From the NCBI RefSeq assembly GCF_030144855.1, contig NC_082713.1:63488001-63552000 (forward strand): DNA of 64,000 bases, given 5' to 3'. The DNA is from Hypanus sabinus (taxonomy: Eukaryota). The notes beneath the pieces were generated by a model. That model worked only from the letters and a program-made list of their open reading frames with translations, made no database searches and was not told the origin of the DNA. Positions 11,010 through 22,898 of this stretch are shown one piece after another. A program made the position numbers and the translations under genes. The first letter of the stretch is position 1, and each line of letters opens with the position of its first letter.

Positions 11010-12394
11010 TACAGATCATCAGTACAGAAGTTCAGATGTTATGTTCTATCTGATGTTGGTGAGGTTTAATTTGGAATATTGTGTGCAGTTTTGTTTACCT
11101 ACCTACAGGAAAGATGTAAATAAGATTGAAAGTAAAGAGAAAATTTACAAGGATGTTGCTGGGACTGTGGGAGCTGAGTTATAAGGAAAGATTGAATAGG
11201 TTAGAACTATTCCGTAGAATGTAGAAGCTTGAGGGGAGATTTAACAGAGATATACATAATTATGAGGGGTAAATACAAGCAAGCAGGCTTTTCCCACTAA
11301 ATTTGGGTGGGACTACAACTAGAGTCATGGAAGGTGAAATGTTTAAGAGGAACATGAAAGAAAGCTTCTTTACTCAGAGGGTGGTGAGAATCTGGTACAA
11401 GCTCCCAGTGCAAATGGCAGATGAAATTTCAATTTTGACATTTAAGAGAAGTTTGAATAAGTACATGAATGGGAGGCATGTGGAGAGCTATGGTTCAGGT
11501 ACAGTTTGATAGATCTAGACTGTTTAAACTGTTTGCTATGGACTAGATGGGCCAATACTCCTATTTCTATGCTGTAGTTTTCTGTCTTTATGACTACCTT
11601 ACTGATTTGTCCATTAAAATCCCATTCTTCAGGCAACATATTCATTTTCCACCACTAGCCTGATAATTGTAGGCCCACTTGGTATCTGTGCTTCTCTACT
11701 TTGATTGGACAATACTTTTTTCTGAAGAGTTATGGAAGTAGTTTGTCCTTGCCCATCAGGACCCAAATCCCAGAGCAGTGTTGCCTTTTAAAAATATTCA
11801 GCATTGAGTTTTGAGGCATCAAAACAGGTACTTTGCCCCATCTAAACAAAAGTCATGCCAGTTTAAATTAATCTCACTTACCTCTGTTAATTGCATATCC
11901 CTCTGAACCCTGGGCAAATGCCTCTTAAATGTAATTTGTTTCTGCCCCCACCAACAGAAGAGACTTACTCAAGATGAAAGAATTAAGTTCTTCCAGTGGT
12001 ACATGACAAGCTACGAATTTGTGGTATGGAAACTATTCCTGTTGTTGAGATGCCCTGTGTTCCTCCAGGGACCCTATGGCCAAAAAAATGTGATCAATGG
12101 CTAAAGGTCCCAGGAAGAACCAAAGAATGTCATGTAACCCATTGATGGAAGACTTGAAAATGGCAATGGAAATATCCACAAAGACTTTGGGAGTTGGATG
12201 GATCTTCACTAATATATAGAGTTTTGTCAATGTCCTGAAGTCCCACACTAAATGGCTAGTTATGGTCATACAGGTACATCCAGTAATGGAGTGCTGGAGC
12301 GTTGCCAATGATTTATTTCTTTGTCATCCACAGGAACTGATATTTTCCACCATCTTAAGAATCTGAATTTTCCTCATTGATCTGATATATATAC

Positions 12395-13150
12395 TGATGG
12401 CCAAGTCAAATGTGACAAATCAGCATATTGGAGGGAGATTGAAAATCTGACTGGTGCAACAACAGCAACTTCTCACTAAATGTCAGCAAGATTAATGATT
12501 ATTGATTTCAGCAGAAGGAAACCAGAGGTTCATGACCTATTCCTCATCGGGAGAGAGGTGGAGAGAGTCAGCAACTTTAAATTCCTCTGTATGACCTTTT
12601 CAGTATCTTTGTCCTGGATCCACAACACAAGTGCCATTCCAAAGAAAGCATTGATGTACCTCTACTTTTTTAGAAGTTTGTGAAGATTCAGCATGTCATC
12701 TAAAACTTTGACAAGCTAGTGATGTGTGATGAGGGTATATTGACTGGTTGCATCACAGCCTGGTATGGAAACACCAATGCTCTTGAATGGAAAAGCCTAC
12801 AAATGTGGTGGAAATAGCGGAGTCCAAAGCCCTCCCCACCATTGAGCATATCCACATGATTGTTGTTGCAGGAAAACAGCATCAATCTTCAAGAACATCC
12901 ATCATCCAGGCTATGCTTTCTTCTTGCTGCTGCCATCAGGAAGGTGGTACAAGAGCCTTAGGACCCACACCACCAGATTCAGGAACAGTTATTACCCCTC
13001 AACCTTCAGCTCTTGAACCAGAAGGATTAACTTTACTCAATTTCACATCCCGTTACTAAACTGTTCCCATAACCTATGGAATAACTTTCACGGATTCTTC
13101 ATCTTGTATTCTAAATACTTATTTGTTATTATTATCATTTTTATTTATTT
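12395..13150 (+). mobile_element. Rex1/Babar-like LINE 3' fragment
   Basis: Encodes NFSLNVSK...IIDFSRRK...VERVSNFKFL...LYFFRSL-like sequence, followed by the typical 3' ggaaggtggtacaagagcc...ttcaggaacagtta and an AT-rich tail. Confidence 0.7.
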
Positions 13151-13164
13151 ATTTATCTATAATT

Positions 13165-15180
13165 TAACCTGAGAATGCAAAGCATTCTCATTTCCAAATT
13201 GCTAGGAAATTTTGGACTATTCTATGGACTATTTTAGTATTGTAGCATTTTGGATATTTGCATAAATATTGCTGTGTAAGCCTAATTATTTAATACTATT
13301 ATGTGGAGACTTCAGGACGACACCAATTGTAGATGCTAATATTGGGACAATGTATACCCTGTTCGTGTTCGAGACTTTCTAAATCTTCCCTTTTAATTCA
13401 GCATATTTCTGTTTTTGTTACCTATTGATTTCTACATAATATGTGTGCTTGGAATGGTTAGATCCATTATGTAAGTTGTTCCTGCCTTTTTTATGTGGTA
13501 TTTTGTGCTGAATCAGATTGAGTTAGAGTGCTGCTTGGTCCTATAATGTGTCAGATTGTTTCTGATTTCTCTTGGCATTTTCTGCATTTATCATCTTAAT
13601 TTTGTTGCTCCTTTATTATGTACTTTTGATCATTTTTTTTTGTATTAACCATCTGCTCCTGCATTACCCCAAGGAACCCTTCTGTTTATGGGAAGAGCTC
13701 TCCAAATCTGAGCCAGGAATTCAACAATTCCTTGTTGACATCCAGTCTGCTCAGTTCATGTGGATGTCTGTGAGGGGTCCTGCTCTTTCATGGATTAGCT
13801 TTTTCTTCTAATAGTGATGATAACTTCATTGTTCTGGGTTGTGCTTTCATTTAAGTTTAGTGGTACGTACTTCAGCTCACATGGAGTGCTGAATCCTGTT
13901 TATGTTGATGGAAAAATGTCCTTAGAAGTTTTATCTGAACTTTGTGTAAATTTATAATGTTGGTTATTCCTCTTTCTCTTTCTGTGTTGGGTTGTTTTAA
14001 TCTAAGCACGTTTGAGTGTACATAGCTTTTAATAAAATCTGTCATTTCAGTTCTTATTTTTCTTTGTAAGTTTTCCAGATTGGTTTCAGACCAAGATATT
14101 ATGCCCAAAGAGTATGTTAATATGGGAATAGTGAAAGTGCCTTTGTTATATTTTTACAGTTGACCTCTGTTTGGCAGATTTTCTTGAGGCTTGAATTAAG
14201 TTCTGTCAAAAGTTTTCCTTTTATTGCACTATAATCTATTTTCTTCGCTTGTTGATATCCCAGATACTTAAATGTTTTATATTCATCTATTGGTTGTATT
14301 GTATCCTGCTTCTCTGTTTTATGTTCTCTGAGCTGCATTGCACCTTGCTTTGTTTAATGTTCTACATTTATCCAGTCCAAAGTTCATGTTTATATCTCTC
14401 AATAATAGTTTAATTACTTGAATTAATTGCTTTGGCTTAACTGCTGAAGGAGTGTATGACTTCAACTTGCCCATGTATAGAAGTGTAGAGAAGGTGTGTC
14501 AAGGTGTAATTTGCTTGGTTGTTTCAGATTTGATATACTATTTTGTCTGATTCAGTAAGTTAGAGAATGGATTTAAAGCTGGACAAAACAATACTGGGCT
14601 GAGAGAGTTTACTGAAAAATGTCTCCGTTTATTGCAATAATAGTGTTTGTTCTTTTTTGATTGTTACTAGATAATGTGACTTTATTACATCAATGTTTCA
14701 TCAGATGTTAATGGAATTTCTCAAGATATGTATGTTGTTTATATATATCAAGAACTCTATTAACCATGAGTGAGGGACAGGATCAAATACTTTTTTGGTA
14801 AAAAAATGCAACAACATGAAAGATTTCTGCTTTTACACCAAGCCTGATTTAGAATTACAGAATACCTTGTTAGATTTTTTACTTCTTTTCATACCCTTAC
14901 GGTACCAATTCTGCTCTTCTGTAAGAATGTTGCGGTGACTTAAGTGTGGTGACTAGTTGCAAGATGCACAATGTTAACATTTTATATATAGTTTTTAAAC
15001 AAGTTATTGAACAATATTTTGATGGATCATTTGTGATTTCTCCTTTAGGTAAGAGTGCTGTTTTAGAATCTGTCAAAAATTTGGTCACCTTTTCAGGATT
15101 TTTAAAACATTGTTGATATGTATTAATAGGTATGAAGGTAAGTAATTTTTTTATGCCAATAAAAATTTACATCCAGTTTA
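13165..15180 (-). mobile_element. R4/Dong-like non-LTR retrotransposon fragment (RT, CCHC knuckle, restriction-like endonuclease)
   Basis: Minus strand gives KTALLPKGEITNDPSKYCSITCLKTIYKMLT (14897-15088), DEYKTFKYLGYQQ (14117-14338), knuckle KCRKCQEKSETI*HII (~13590-13540) and RLE-type KYAELK...VYIVPILASTIGV (~13410-13320). Confidence 0.75.
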
Positions 15181-15679
15181 AGATGCCTCATAAAGTAGAT
15201 GACAGCTTACTGGCAGTTCATAAAGCAAGAAATATGACTAAATACTTCATTAATAACACTTTTTCTGTGGAAAATTGTGGTAAATGATCACAACAAACAA
15301 TGAAGAGGTGAGGCTGACTCAAAGGTTGAGGTGCGCAGGTGCATTGCAAAGTTGCAGTGAGGTCCAGACATGCTCGAGGAGAAGTGGTCGGAGTGAAATT
15401 GAGACATGGCCAAGACGACATTGGGGCTTGCAACATGGAGAAAAGTTGGAGCAGAGGAATTTTGGACTCCATTCACCTAAACCATGAATGAGGTTGGATC
15501 AATTGAAGCACCAGGCCAATATGGGCTGAAACATGGGGTCAAGGCTCAGACCATATCAGAACAACAGGGTCCTAGTGCGTTGAATGACCCAGATTTTGGA
15601 TAACTTAAAACACCGGGCCAAATGGATTGAAAATACAATGTGCTGAACATGTACATACTTAGAAATTACCTAAGGTTAT

Positions 15680-15880
15680 CCATAACCCTCCATTTTTCTA
15701 AGCTCTATGTATCTATCCAGGAGTCTCTTAAAAGATCCTATTGTATCTGCCTCCACCACTGTCATGGGCAACCCATTCCACGCACTCACTACTTTCTGCA
15801 TTTAAAAAAAACACCCATGACATCTCCTCTGTACCTACTTCCAAGCACCTTAAAACTGTGCCCTCTCATTTTAGCCATAT
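15680..15880 (-). mobile_element. CR1 LINE 3' fragment
   Basis: Reverse complement of the CR1 ORF2 end and 3' UTR (ccattccacgcactc..., ctcttaaaagatcctattgtatctgcctccacc). Confidence 0.7.
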
Positions 15881-16074
15881 AACCTAAATTTAATATTTTA
15901 TATATTTATGACATAGGAGGAGGCTATTCCTTCCATCATCCATTACTTCATTAATCCATTATTCCCTTCTCAGGTCCCTATTCTCTTACAAAATATTCTC
16001 CCCTTCATACTCATCAATTCCTCATTGATTTATTTTGTCATTAACTCCTATAAAAGATCTATTTATTTGGTTAT

Positions 16075-16245
16075 TTACCTTTTTATTTAGAGACACGTTG
16101 TGGAACAGGCCCTAATGGCCCAATGAGCTGCGCTGCCCAACACTCCACCTACGTACCCTCAAGCAGCTCAGCTTTGGTGTGTGGAATGCTGGAAGAAACC
16201 CACATATTTATGGAGTAAACATGCAAACGCTGCCCAGGCAGCACA
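16075..16245 (-). mobile_element. HE1/V-SINE-like SINE fragment
   Basis: Has the CR1-type tail ggaacaggccctaatggccc and the core gaaacccaca...aacatgcaaacgc, as in other SINE copies in the window. Confidence 0.55.
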
Positions 16246-16583
16246 CGTTTACTTCTTAGCTCTTCATCCAGTATTTTCATACATGTTATATTTACCATTA
16301 ACTTAATATTTGTGCTTGATGAATGCTCTATGCTGATGACTCTGACATCTCTGTGCCAAATCTTTTTCTATGGTATGTGTGGTCAACTGCTAAAGGGTTT
16401 TAAAGTTGTTATATTGACTTCACCGGTAAGAATCATACTGGCATATGATACAACTACTAATGCCTGGGATAAGCTTTGATTAATATGTTCTTCAGAATAC
16501 CTTCACGTTCCTTATTTTCCAAAGGTAGTGACCATTGCTTAATAAGAACCTGGCAGCTGTTTGTCACCTTCAATAACTGTCTG

Positions 16584-18529
16584 TGTAGCGGTGTGCTACA
16601 CGCAGTGCTAAAATAACGACATGGAGTCGGTAAAATGCAGTCAAAGATAATTTTATTCGAACTTCACAGCCTTGCTTTAAAGCCTCCCTCATCCCGCCCT
16701 CTCCGGGCGCGGATGCTCCAAGAGACACGTACTCACGAACCCCCGCAGGCTTTCTCCCTTTGTTGTGGACTTGGCCTTTGTGCCTGCACGCTGGCTAATT
16801 GTGAGCCAGTTCAAGTAAGTGTGCTAGGAAGTGGGTCACCACATAACCCCCCCCACCCCCAGAACCGGCGATACACCCCCCAATGGCCACAGTCTGGGCA
16901 GGACCCTGTTTGGGAGGTCGGTCTCTGCACTGAGGTGCCGGAAACTCGACCGGTTGTGCCAGGTCCACATGGGTCAGTTTGAGTCGGTCCACCATGAAAA
17001 CCTCCTTTCTCCCCCCAACGTCCAGCACGAACGTGGACCCGTTGTTCCGGAGCACCGTAAACTGCCCCACGTAGGGCCGTTGCAGCGGTGGCTGATGCCC
17101 GCCCCTTCATACAAACACAAACTTACAGTTCTGCAGGTCTTTGGGTACGCAAGTTGGGGTCTGCCCATGCTGCAAAGTGGGTATGGGGGCCAGGTGACCG
17201 AGCCTCTCGCGTAGTCTGCCCAGGACTGCTGCGGGTTCTTCCTCTTGCCCCCTTGGGGCTGGTATGAACTCCCCGGGGACGACCAGGGGTGAGGCGTACA
17301 CCAACTCAGCCGACGAGGTGTGCAGATCATATTTGGGCACCGTGCGGATCCTGAATTTGACCCAGGGAAGCTCGTCTGCCCAGTTAGCTCCTCGCAGGCG
17401 GGCCATGAGAGCCGACTTTAGGTGACGGTGGAAATGCTCCACCAGGCCGTTCAACTGTGGGTGGTAGGCAGTTGTGTGGTGTAGCTGTGTTCCCAAAAGG
17501 CTGGCCATAGCTGACCACAGGCTGGAGGTGAACTGGGTGCCTCTGTCGGAGGTAATGTGGGCTGGTACACCAAAACGAGATACCCAGGTTGCAATCAGTG
17601 CCCGGGCACAAGATTCGGAGGTGGTGTCGGTGAGCGGGATCGCCTCTGGCCATCTTGTGAACCGCTCCGCGATGGTGAGGAGGTGCCGCGCTCCACGCGA
17701 CTCTGGCAGGGGGCCCACGATATCCACAGGAATGTGATCGAAATGCCGGTGGGTGGGTAGAACTGCTGTGGCAGAGCTTTGGTGTGCCGCTGCACCTTGG
17801 TCGTTTGGCAGTGCATGCACGTTCTGGCCCATTCGCTGACCTGCTTGCGGAGTCCGTGCCAAACAAACCTGCTGGAGACCATCTGGACGGTTGTCCAGAT
17901 GGAGGGGTGCGCCAAGTTATGAATGGAGTTGACGGGGCTGGCCGGTGGCGACGTCACAGAGTAGGGTCCTCTCACCTGGGCCTACGGGGAGGTCCTGGAG
18001 CTGCAAACCGGAGACTGTGGTTCTGTAACTCAGGATCTCCTCATCTGCCTGCTGTGCCTCTGCCAGTGCCTCAAAGTCTACCCCTTGGGAAAGGGCATGA
18101 ATGTTAGGGCGAGGGAGTGCATCGGCTACGACATTGTCCTTACCCGAGACGTGCCGGAACCATAGGTGAGGTCGTAGCGTCCAGAAGCTTGGCAGTTTCA
18201 ACGAAACCGCATGAACAGATGTGGTGTCGGTCATCTCTGGTCCCAAAATTGTTTGGACCATCGGGGTCACCAATTGTAGCGGTGTGCTACATGCAGCGCT
18301 AAAATAACGACACGGAGTCGGTAAACTGCAGTCAAAGATAATTTTATTCGAACTTCACAGCCTTCCTTTAAAGCCCCCCTCATCCCGCCCTCCCCGGGCG
18401 CGGATGCTCCAACAGACGTACTCACAAACCCCCCGCAGGCTTTCTCCCTTTGTTGCGGACTTGGCCTTTGTGCCTACACGCTGGCTAATTGTGAGCCGGT
18501 TTGCGTGTGCTAGGAAGTGGGTTGCCACA
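16584..18529 (-). mobile_element. Internally deleted Ty3/Gypsy LTR retrotransposon (gag N-terminus fused to RNase H end, plus integrase)
   Basis: Near-identical LTRs at 16584-16843 and 18275-18529. tRNA-Trp PBS (tggtgaccccga on minus) at 18261-18272 and a G-rich PPT near 16846-16860. ORF 17917-18273 reads VSLKLPSFWTLRPHLWF|RHVSGKDNVVADALPR. Integrase FDHIPVDIVGPLP...RFTRWPEAIP...ITSDRGTQFTS...YHPQLNGLVE is in 17107-17862. Confidence 0.92.
17107..17900 (-). pseudogene. Gypsy integrase (DDE core, frameshifted)
   Basis: Contains VDIVGPLP, SDRGTQFTS and HPQLNGLVEHFHR motifs. The HHCC region (HNLAHP...CMHC) is in the adjacent frame 17595-17975. Confidence 0.88.
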
Positions 18530-18916
18530 GTTACCCCTTCCCCAACATTGATACTGAGATAGAATAGCAAGCATCATCATTAATCTAACAGTGCTTCTCC
18601 ACATATTAACCACAAAAGTTTTGAAGAGGTCGAAAGAATATTAGGGTTTTTTTTGGAATATCTTTGAGCTATCTATTGTGTCATATCCAGCTGTCAACAC
18701 TCTGTTTACTCTGCATAATTAACACACCTCAAATTGAATTCATTTGAATGTCTCTTCCTTTCAATGCTCTGAGGGTCTGTTAAAGATTATTGTCAATAAA
18801 AAGTAGTACATACTTGATGAACAGCTGTGCCTTGTGTTTGTAAATACAGAATGTAAGATGCTTATGACTTAATTTTACAAATAATACATTAATTAATCAA
18901 ACGTGTCATTGAAGTA

Positions 18917-19340
18917 CAACGGATTTCAATTAATTGGCCATCAGTTAATCGAAGCAGCTGTTTATTTAGGACCATTCTTAAAGAACAAAAACTATTCAAT
19001 AAAATTGGGATTCCCTTCGCTAATTTAGGACTGTGCAGCTTAATTGGGAAAGGAGATTTGCTAAAGTTTTAAAATTGTATCAGTCATATGCACGTGTGGC
19101 CATTAAACATTACACCATGCTTAGAGCAAACAGCCTTTAAACAGCATCATTTACATGTGTTTGTGTCAAAAAGCAGTCATTTTTGTCACTCATAGTTAGT
19201 GAGAAACAAGCAGTAAGACAATTTGGAGTTGTTTCGTTCACTGTGATTTCAAACATTCAAGTTTGGAGATGCCAGAAGTGAACAGGAGTGAAAATGAAAT
19301 GATTTCACTACTTCAGTGAGTTAGGAACTATAAAGAGTTT
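18917..19340 (+). mobile_element. Probable Tigger/pogo-like DNA transposon left end (truncated)
   Basis: TA followed by caacggatttcaattaattgg, with repeated ttaattgg/ttatttagg subterminal motifs. No right TIR found. Confidence 0.4.
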
Positions 19341-20368
19341 GAAGGTAGATGAGTTTGTAGCACAGTGAGTTTGTAGCACAGTTGTGGGCATCACTGAGTT
19401 GTGTCTGAAAGAGGATTATTGCTTGGAGCTTAACATCCAAGGATACACATTATATTGGGGGAAAAAAAGGCAGGTTGGCATGGGGGTGGCATGGCTCTGT
19501 TGGTTAAAAAATAAAATAAAATCCTTAGAAAGAGGTGACATAGGATTAGAAGATGTTGAGTCATTGTGGGTAGAGTTAAGAAACTGCAGGTGTAAAAAGA
19601 TCCTGTTGGACAGTGGCCAGGATGTAGGCAACAAATTTCAAAAAGAGATAGAAAATGTACGTCAAGAGGGCAATGTTACAATAGTGATGGAGGATTTTAA
19701 TATGCAGGTAGATTTGGAAATTTAGATTGGTGCTGGATCCCAAAAGAGACAATTTATAGAGCGTATATTGTTGGCTTTTTAGAACACCTTGTGGTTGAGC
19801 CCAGTAGGGGAAAGGCTATTGTGGAGTGAGTATTGTGTAATGAACTGGATTTGATTAGGGAGCTTAAGATAAAGAAACCCTTAAAGGGGAACGATCATAT
19901 AAATAAAGAGTAAAAGAGACATGAGAGTAAATATCTGACTGCTGTATAATGATGCTGGAAAGCTAGTAATGGGGAACAAGGAAATAATATTTTGTTTAAT
20001 CTTCACTGTAGAAGACACTGGCAGCATGCAGGAAGTTTGATAATGTCAGACACCAGAAATGAATGTAGCTGCAATTACAAGGAGAAAGATACTTAGGAAG
20101 CTGAAATGTTCATATGTAGATAAATCACTTAGACCAAATTAACTACACCCCGGGGTTCTGGAACAGGTAGCAGAAGAGATTGTGGAGGCATAGGTAATGT
20201 ATCATCAGATTCTGCAAATGGTTCCAGAGAACTGGAAAATTGTAAACGTCACTCCACTGTTCAAGAAGAGAGAGAAGCAGAACAAAGGAAATTATATGCC
20301 AGTTAGTCTGACACCAGTGGTTGGAGGTTGATTGTTAAAGATTAGGTTTTTAGAGAACTTGGAGGTAC

Positions 20369-20610
20369 TGATGCACTATCAATTACTCTAAAAGACTGGA
20401 AGTAGAGTAAATACTGAAAAGCTTTTACTAACAGTAAAATGGATCCACACCCATGCTGTAGGTCTGTCCTGGGCAGTGGGAGGAACAGTGACACAATCAC
20501 CTTTATTCAGGGGTTGGTGGGAGGAGCCACAGGAGCAGTCAACAGAGGGGTGTGTCCAGGCATGTCCAGACAGATAACCCAGTTACAACCTATATACATG
20601 GTTTACCACA
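20369..20610. repeat. Solo LTR (242 bp) with a 5-bp TSD
   Basis: Runs tgatgc...taccaca and is flanked by ggtac at 20364-20368 and 20611-20615. CR1 reads through (ttggaggtac|atgataaaatagg) when it is removed. Confidence 0.85.
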
Positions 20611-21087
20611 GGTACATGATAAAATAGGCTGTTGTCAGCATGGTTTCCTAAAGGGAAATTCTTGCCTGAAAATCTGTTGGAAGCAGGAAAGACAAAGGAG
20701 AATTGGTGGATGCTGTGTACTTGGATTTTCAGAAGGCCTTTGACAATTCGCAGCCCATGAGCCGACTTTACAAGAGCCCATGGTGTTACAGAAAAGCTAG
20801 CACATAGAGAGAAGAAAATGAATGGAAATAAAGGGAGCCTTTTCTGGTTGGCTGTTGATGACAAGTCTTCCGCAAAGTGGGTATTGTGACCACTTGTTTT
20901 CACATTATAACTTGATGATACAGATGGCATTGTTCATGGATTTGTGTGTAAGTTTTTTGGACAGTATTATGATAGTTGGAGGGGCTGGTAGTACTGAGAA
21001 AACAAAGACTGCAGAAGGACTTTGACAGTTTAGGACAATGGGCAAAGAAGTAGCAGATGGAATACAAAGCAAGGAAGTGTACATTCA

Positions 21088-21248
21088 CGAGGAAATCTGC
21101 AGATGCTGGAAATTCAAACAGCAACACACACAAAATGCTGATGGAACACAGTAGGCCAGACAGCATCTATAGGGAGAAGCGTTGTCGATGTTTCGGGCCA
21201 AGATCCTTTGTCAAGACAGTGCTTCTTCCTGTAGATGCTGCCTGGCCT
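21088..21248 (-). mobile_element. Short palindromic Penelope-type insert with a 14-bp TSD
   Basis: Flanked by gaagtgtacattca at 21074-21087 and 21249-21262. Internal inverted repeat aggccagacagcatctataggga...cctgtagatgctgcctggcct. Confidence 0.8.
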
Positions 21249-22401
21249 GAAGTGTACATTCATGTGCTTTGGGAGAAGGAATAAATACGTCTTTTTGAAA
21301 TGGAGAGAAAATTAAAAAATCTGAGGTACAAAGTGACCTGCAAGTTCTTGTGCAGGACCCCCTAATGATTGACTTGCAGGTGGAGTATGGAAGGCAAATG
21401 CAATGTTAGCATTCATTGCAAGAAGACTAGAAGATCAAAGCAAGGATGTAATACTGAGGCTTTATAAGGCACTGGTGAGGCCTCACTTAGAGTATTCTGA
21501 GCAGTTTTTGGCCCCTCATCTAAGTAAGGATATGCTGGCTTTGGAGAGGATCCAGAGGAGGTTCATGAGACCAATCCCAGGAATGAAAGTGTTATTGTAT
21601 GAGTAGTATTTGATAGTTCTGGGCCTGTATTCGTTGGGGATATCACTGAAACCTATCGAATGTTGAAAAGCCTCTGGGAGTAGGGGGAATAAATCTAGGA
21701 CCAGAAAGCACAGCCTCAAAATAGAAGAATGTTCATTTAGAACAGACATGAGGAGGAATTTCATTAGCCAGAGGGTGGTGAATCTGTGGAGTTGATTGGC
21801 ACATGAGGCTGTAGAAGCCAGCTCATTGGGTGTATTTAAGATGGAGGCTGATAATTTTTTTTGATTGGTCAGGGCATGAAAGGTTATGGGGAGAAGGTAG
21901 GAAAATAGGGCTGAGAGAGACAATGGATCAGCCATGATGAAATGTCAGAGCAGACATTAATGGGCTGAATGGCTCAATTCTGCTCCCTTGTCTTATCTTA
22001 TGGTCTAGTGGCTTTTTGTTAAATAGAGTTGAGTCACTCTTGTAATCTCAATAATTTCATTAGTGGTTCATTTGAGTGTGTGGTCTAAAGTAACCCCCAA
22101 GATGAACACTGTGGGTGTTCATTGTCTCACTGAATGTCAAAGATAACTTGTTTTACTCTCTTATGTTGGAGGTGGTCATTACTTTATACTTTTGTGACAG
22201 GTTTTGCTTGCCACTTATCACGTTCTGTCTGAAAGTTACCTCATGAAGGCATAGGCTGACTTAAACATGACAACCTGTAACCAGAATTGAAATATATCCT
22301 TCATCAGCAGGCATCTGCTCTCTGACTTTGTATGGAGGGAAGATCTTTGAAGCAGATGTTGAAGATGATTAGGCTAAAGACACTTGCCTTTCAAAATGTC
22401 A

Positions 22402-22735
22402 AATCAGAATCAGGTTTAATATCATTGGTATATGTTGTGAAATTTGTTGTTTTGCAGCAGCAGTACATTGTAATACATAGATATCAAAACAAGTATATAT
22501 AAGAAGAATTTGTAGTACACAAAGAAATGGGGGGAAAAAAGCCCAGAATGTGTTCATGGGTTCATTGTCCATTCAGAGGTCTGATGATAGACGGAAAGAA
22601 GCTGTTCTAAAAACATTGTGTTTGTGTCCTCAGGCTTCTATACCTTCTTGATGGTAATGATGAGCAGAGGGCATGTCCTGGGTGATGAATGTCCTTAATA
22701 ATATGTCGCCTTTTTGAGGCAGTCATGAACTGGGG
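22402..22735 (-). mobile_element. Rex1-like LINE 3' end
   Basis: Has the aatcagaatcaggtttaatatca tail and the gaagctgttct...caggcttctatacc...gggcatgtcctgggtg block. Confidence 0.6.
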
Positions 22736-22762
22736 CAGAACCTCCTATAATCATTTTCCTTT

Positions 22763-22898
22763 CACAAACAAGAGAAAATCTGCAGATTCTCGAAATCCAA
22801 GCAATACACACAAAATGCTGAAGGAACTCTGCAGGCCAGGCAGCATCTATGGAAAAAGAGAACAGTCGAGATTTTGGGACGGGACCCTTCAGAAGGAC
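22763..22898 (-). mobile_element. Short Penelope-type insert (degenerate hammerhead)
   Basis: Sequence aaatctgcagat...caaaatgctgaaggaactctgcaggccaggcagcatctatgg...cagtcgagattttgggacgggacccttcagaaggac. Confidence 0.7.

Larger units (their letters stand above)
1..11595 (+). mobile_element. Decayed CR1-clade LINE (ORF1 esterase tail, ORF2 APE endonuclease + RT, 3' UTR), split into pieces 1-2071, 5151-5499 and 10817-11595 by two LTR insertions and a short Penelope-type insert
   Basis: ORF 1888-2127 gives the RT motif VDAVYMDLSKAFDKVVHGRLV. The CR1 sequence resumes in register after each insertion (gagagtagtag|gtagatggatgcc; gtggcgtcacag|gtagatagc). The 3' part has LVRFNLEYCVQF and FFTQRVVRIWYKLP, and the whole aligns by eye with the younger CR1 at 44702-48260. 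Confidence 0.9.
19355..22005 (+). mobile_element. Decayed CR1 LINE (EN-RT-3' UTR, internal deletions), interrupted by a solo LTR and a Penelope-type insert
   Basis: Motifs GITELCLKE...ESLWVELRN...VMEDFN (19384), HGFLKGNSCL and LYKALVRPHLEYSEQF (21403). The 3' end is aattctgctccc...cttatggtc. Confidence 0.88.

Noticed and set aside
15290-15640. GC-richer block, possibly an exon or a repeat
   Set aside because: No splice signals, termini or motifs I can support; probably an unclassified repeat fragment.
16635-18302. Cluster of overlapping ORFs on both strands as a gene-dense locus
   Set aside because: This is GC-rich Gypsy sequence; only the minus-strand gag/RH/integrase frames carry real motifs.
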